DNA from: Eledone cirrhosa
Taxonomy: Eukaryota
NCBI GenBank assembly: GCA_964016885.1
Contig: OZ024758.1
Coordinates: 20,026,001 to 20,090,000 of the forward strand
Direction: 5' to 3'
DNA length: 64,000 bases
Shown piece after piece: positions 59,654-64,000 of the stretch; position 1 is the stretch's first letter; each line of letters opens with the position of its first letter. The position numbers and the translations under genes were made by a program. Below the pieces are notes generated by a model. It made no database searches, was not told the DNA's origin, and saw only the letters and a list, made by a program, of their open reading frames with translations.

Positions 59654-60061
59654 TACGGCATGACCATCTTCCCGTTCCGCGGTGGCAAACGCCTCGTCTG
59701 GGATGCCACTTGGAGTGACACTTTCTATAGCCGCAACCTGGTGTAGTCTGCGACTAACCGAGTTACTGCTGCATGTCGGGCTGAAGAGGCCAAACTCTCC
59801 AAGTACCAGTCCCTCTCCGACAGGTTCACGGCCGTGCCCTTGGCAGTGGAGACTTGTGATGTATTTGGTCGTAGGGCTGCCTCCCTATTCACTACCATAG
59901 GCGCTGAGCTGGCCAGCCGCAGGTGTGAGCCTCGCGAACTGGAATGGCTCTTCCAACGCATCTCCCTTACCACCATCCCGGTAAACGCCTTCTCCATCCT
60001 GTCCGCCGGGCGTGTGAGGAGGCCAGCACGTGGAACCCCATTTGCTCACGATACGGATTAA
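59654..60061 (+). mobile_element. CRE-clade non-LTR retrotransposon 3' fragment (restriction-like endonuclease domain)
   Basis: GMTIFPFRGGKRLVWDATWSDT...AEEAKLSKYQSL...VPLAVET...EWLFQRISL...NAFSIL in one frame with one internal stop; GC-rich island. Confidence 0.8.
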
Positions 60062-60569
60062 CCACCCTGTTTGACATGTGATTGATTCATCTGTGTAATA
60101 ATCTGTATAATAATCAGTCCTGTCGAAAGTGTTTATATTTGTCGTTGAGGTAGGCAGCCCCTTGAACTGTAAATATGCAGGCAATCTGAAGGCCGGTTAG
60201 ATTGCAGCGCATCAACATATACTTTCAGTTTATTTCTATAAGAGTTCAAATTCACGGTGTGTCAATATTTACAAATAATTTTGGATACCTGAAAATATGT
60301 TTTATTGCATGTTAACATTAGCATTCGCTGTCCTTTCAGCTGTCCTTTTGTGATTATACTGTTACATTTCGTGTCTGTTTTCTCATATTCGTTTCTGTAG
60401 AATACCAACAGTCTTTTAAAAATCAGCTGATAGTTTAATTTAATCCGTTACTGTTATTGCTAACAAATATATTATTTATATTAATGTCCAGCAGCATAGA
60501 GAAGCATATATCCTGAATCTTTAGGGAAGGGTAGATAGGGTTATTTCAATTCCAATACTGAAGTAGTGT

Positions 60570-60715
60570 TGGTGTTGGCATGGTTCTGTTTTTAAGAAGT
60601 TCGCTTCGCAATCATAATGACCCAGATACGATCCCACTCCGTGGCATCCCGGGCAAGTTAGCATTCTGTTCCTCTTGAGTGAATGTCGGTATATGGAAAC
60701 TGTACTGAATCACAT
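60570..60715 (+). mobile_element. Degraded SINE of a second tRNA-derived family
   Basis: tRNA-like head followed by CGTGGCATCCCGGGCAAG and TTGAGTGAATGTCGGTATATGGAAACTG; family resemblance is from memory. Confidence 0.45.
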
Positions 60716-61483
60716 AGGGTTGAATAATTATTAACTGCAATTAGGTGGACCAGTGTTGTCAAATATAACGTGTTGCTGATGCAGCTTTGACATTGCATTA
60801 ATACTAATAGTCTCCGGGAAATACTCAACAACATAATAGTTAATTGCCAGATAAGCGTTTAGTCTTTAATAAAAAAAAAATTGTATTGCATGTCATAGAA
60901 ATCACGGAAAGTTCCATCGTTCAATTGATACATTATTCTACCAACCCTAGAATAATGGAAGTCAATGTTAAACTCCAGTTGAGTTCAACTCAGTACATAG
61001 TCCTATAAACGACTCATTAAGAAGTAGAAATACTATGTATTGATGTAAGGGACACAAATCAAAACAAAAACACACAGAGACACGATGAAAAGACTGGAGT
61101 CTATTCCATACGGCAATGAATCGAATATAGCCACGTGATTCCTTTACATTTCAATTATATCAAAAGCAAATTTAGTCAAACTCACGCAACATGTTCAAAC
61201 ATGAGAGGATATAATATCCGTGGAAGATGTTAACGAAAACAACCAAAGTACCTTAAAGACTGACATGATATGTTTATTACTTACATATATACAAAGACAG
61301 TCCCATATATACATACGTTCATAAATAGTAAATATATATGTGTATCTGTGTGTGGGGGATGACGATAATATATAAACGTAAGGAAATTGACAAAGAGAGG
61401 ACGAAACAACGAACGGAAAAGAAACAAAAAGTAAATAACTTTTCTTAAGGGGATATCTTAACGATTTATTTAAAAAATATATA

Positions 61484-61581
61484 ACTGTTTCTACTTTAGG
61501 CACAAGGCCAGCAATTACCCAGTGCATTACTGGTAGTTTATTTTATCGACCCCGTAAGGATGAAAGGCAAAGTCAACCTCG
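61484..61581 (-). mobile_element. Short-form SINE 3' half
   Basis: Tail and core only; similar 3' fragments lie at 43323-43381(+) and 50499-50543(+). Confidence 0.85.
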
Positions 61582-61865
61582 TTATATATTAAAAAATATA
61601 TAACGATACAAACGAAGGAAAAAGAACTCCAAGGTCATCGGCTCTTGAGTTGAACGTGGGCAGTTCTGCGCCCTACGACCGGAACTGCTGGCCCTTATAT
61701 GTATGCATGTCTCGCTATATATCTAACCTTTTCTTAGTATGCGTGGTTATAAAGTTGCAGAATACTGTTCCATCTAAAATAAATCAAATATTGTTTCTAT
61801 ACATAAAAGAATTACTTTATTTGACTGATTTTGTATGGCCTTCTACTGTAAGACCCACAAACCCG

Positions 61866-62032
61866 CACACACACATGCACACACATACACAAATACACAC
61901 ACATACATACACACACATACACAAATACACACATATACATACATACACACATACACACACATACATACATACATACATACATACATACATACATACATAC
62001 ATACATACATACATACATACATACATACATAC
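61866..62032. repeat. (CA)n/(TACA)n microsatellite
   Basis: Direct reading of the sequence. Confidence 0.95.
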
Positions 62033-62166
62033 CTGACAACAACTGGTACTCTTGTTCACCTTCGAGTCAAAAACGATTTTTACTTGGATTTAACTGCTTT
62101 CTCTCCTTATAGTCTCTTGTACTGTATTTACCATTATCGTTTTATTACATAACTATTATAAAATAT

Positions 62167-62224
62167 ACACCTGATGATGTCACCAGGATCATTTGTAACA
62201 TGGCCACTGAAATGTACATAGTGT
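62167..62224 (+). ncRNA. Type I hammerhead ribozyme motif (family G)
   Basis: ACAC-CTGATGA-[31 nt, weakly paired helix II]-GAAA-TGTACA-TA-GTGT. Helix III is the palindrome ATGTACAT and the triplet is AUA. Confidence 0.65.
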
Positions 62225-62599
62225 TTGCTGACATGGATCTTGATTGAGTTTTATAAATATTACAAATCCTGTAAATCATTTGTGAGGTGCATCCTCATTT
62301 CACCGAATGTACAGAATTTCAGTATTCTGACTAATGAGAGAGAGATAAGACAGGAGAAAACCTATCTTATGCAATTAAGCGATATATCAAAATTACGTAA
62401 TTTGTAAATGTTAGTAGAGTCTTAAACTAGGAAATGTTTAGTATAATCCGATAAGGTTGCTATCGATTATCGATATACTTCACATTGATACATTGAAGAA
62501 GACGAACTGCTATTAACATTGAACTAAAAGGAAAACAATTGGAACAAAAATGTAGATAGTAACACTGGGTATATATGAAAACACCGAACTGTATATGCT

Positions 62600-64000
62600 A
62601 GAGGAATGAGGGTTGATCATTGAGAGAAGTTTGAGGAGTTGGGAATCTATATTTATATTTAAAGCGAGTCACTTCTTGGTCTCTATCGAGAAATATATAT
62701 ATATTCCTCTCCAAAATAGTTAACTCAAAAAGAAATTGCCCATAACCGAATGAAAATATACAATATGACATAGAAATGGATATCCTTTCTATTTTGTTAA
62801 TTGCAGCCCAGACTTTGGACAATATCCTCTTTTGATGAACACATTCAGCTATCAAAATATACGAAATCGGCAACTTTGTTTACTATTCCACGATCCAATG
62901 TTACACGATTTTCTCTCTCATGGAAACATTTATTTATAGACAAATATTCCTGGCAGAAATTTCGAATTTATATAGAAGTTATTGAGATTGATCTATGGCG
63001 TTTGATAGAAGCGTTTTGTCAGCAGCAAAATCTTGATTACGTGTAACAGTGTGAAGGCTTTGTTTACATATCCTTTGCATCAATGTAAAGCCACGATGTT
63101 GTTCATTAACAATAGCTTTCTTCATGTCATAATCCAGAGCGATTATGAAAAGATACATTGCCAATATCTCACCTTGAACGACACCCGCTACGAATATTAA
63201 AAACATTGCTCTCACCAGCACAATAGAGGACTTGGGCTTTCTTGATTATGTAAAGTAAATTTATGGCAGAAACTATTGCATCAAGTATACCACATGAGAC
63301 TAAGATTGATACGAGCTATTAATCGTGGATTGTATCAAAAGCCTTTTTGAAGTCAATGAAAGTTAGTTCAGCCTTTAGATTCTTTCATCTGACGGCCTCT
63401 GGCTTCCTCTGCAGTTTCAACAAATGTGAGGCATTCGAACGATGCTGCTTGAAACCATTTTGATTTATTCTGAGATTCAGGTCTAGATGTTGTCATATGA
63501 TGTTTAGTAGCATTATGTAACATGTTTTAGCTGCAACCACTGTCAAAGTAATACCTCTTTAATTTTCTGTAAATCTTATGTCACCCTTCGTATTTAGAGG
63601 CAATATTAATCTTTTTTTTTACAGATTTTCCATACATCTCCTTTTAACATATTTTGGCAGATCTTAAACTGCTCATTATCCATGCATACGTTCCATACTT
63701 CTGTGCTATATTTCCCAAATCTCACAGCGTTGTTGTTTTGTGTGGACTCGATTACATCTTTCAACTACCGTATTTTAAAATCACAAACATCAGCTGATAT
63801 TGGGTCAAAAACCTTGCCAATATGGTATTCATCTACCCAGAGATGTTGTCCAGAAACATTGCAAAATACTCCTTCCGAAATGTTCAGCTTTTCTTTTAGT
63901 GTTGATAACACTCCATTCAAGCTGAGTTTTTCGATTTACGGGTGTGTTATGAAGTAGCTCTACTTTCTCATTAATGTAGCCTTCTTCTTCTTTGATACAC
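62600..64000 (-). mobile_element. Decayed RTE-clade LINE reverse transcriptase
   Basis: RT motifs in order on the minus strand: RGITLTVVAAK, NQNGF, DFKKAFDTIH, GVVQGEILAMYLFIIALDY, DFAADKTLLS; stops and frameshifts present. Confidence 0.85.

Overview
AT-rich eukaryotic non-genic (intergenic or intronic) DNA, most likely from an octopus or other coleoid cephalopod. That assignment is inferred from my recall of the tRNA-derived SINE family and from the extreme (TA)n load; no database search was run. I find no supportable host gene: almost all ORFs in the supplied track are translations of (TA)n, (CA)n, (GA)n or triplet microsatellites. The window holds about 25 SINE copies or fragments, decayed non-LTR retrotransposon pieces (RTE, CRE, R4/Dong, probable L1-Tx1, probable Penelope-like ORF), small TIR elements, a ~6 kb trinucleotide-repeat island and a 74-75 bp minisatellite. 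The main unannotated signal is a set of type I hammerhead ribozyme (HHR) motifs from about 7 unrelated short elements, mostly embedded in (TA)n tracts. Ten motifs keep the core nucleotides, although several have a mismatched first helix II pair, and more are decayed or halved. Many lie in near-perfect palindromes, one family carries a compensatory U3-A8 core, and all intact ones have an NUA cleavage triplet. This architecture fits non-autonomous Penelope-like element (PLE) or retrozyme-type remnants. All folds were read by eye and need covariance-model and biochemical confirmation.
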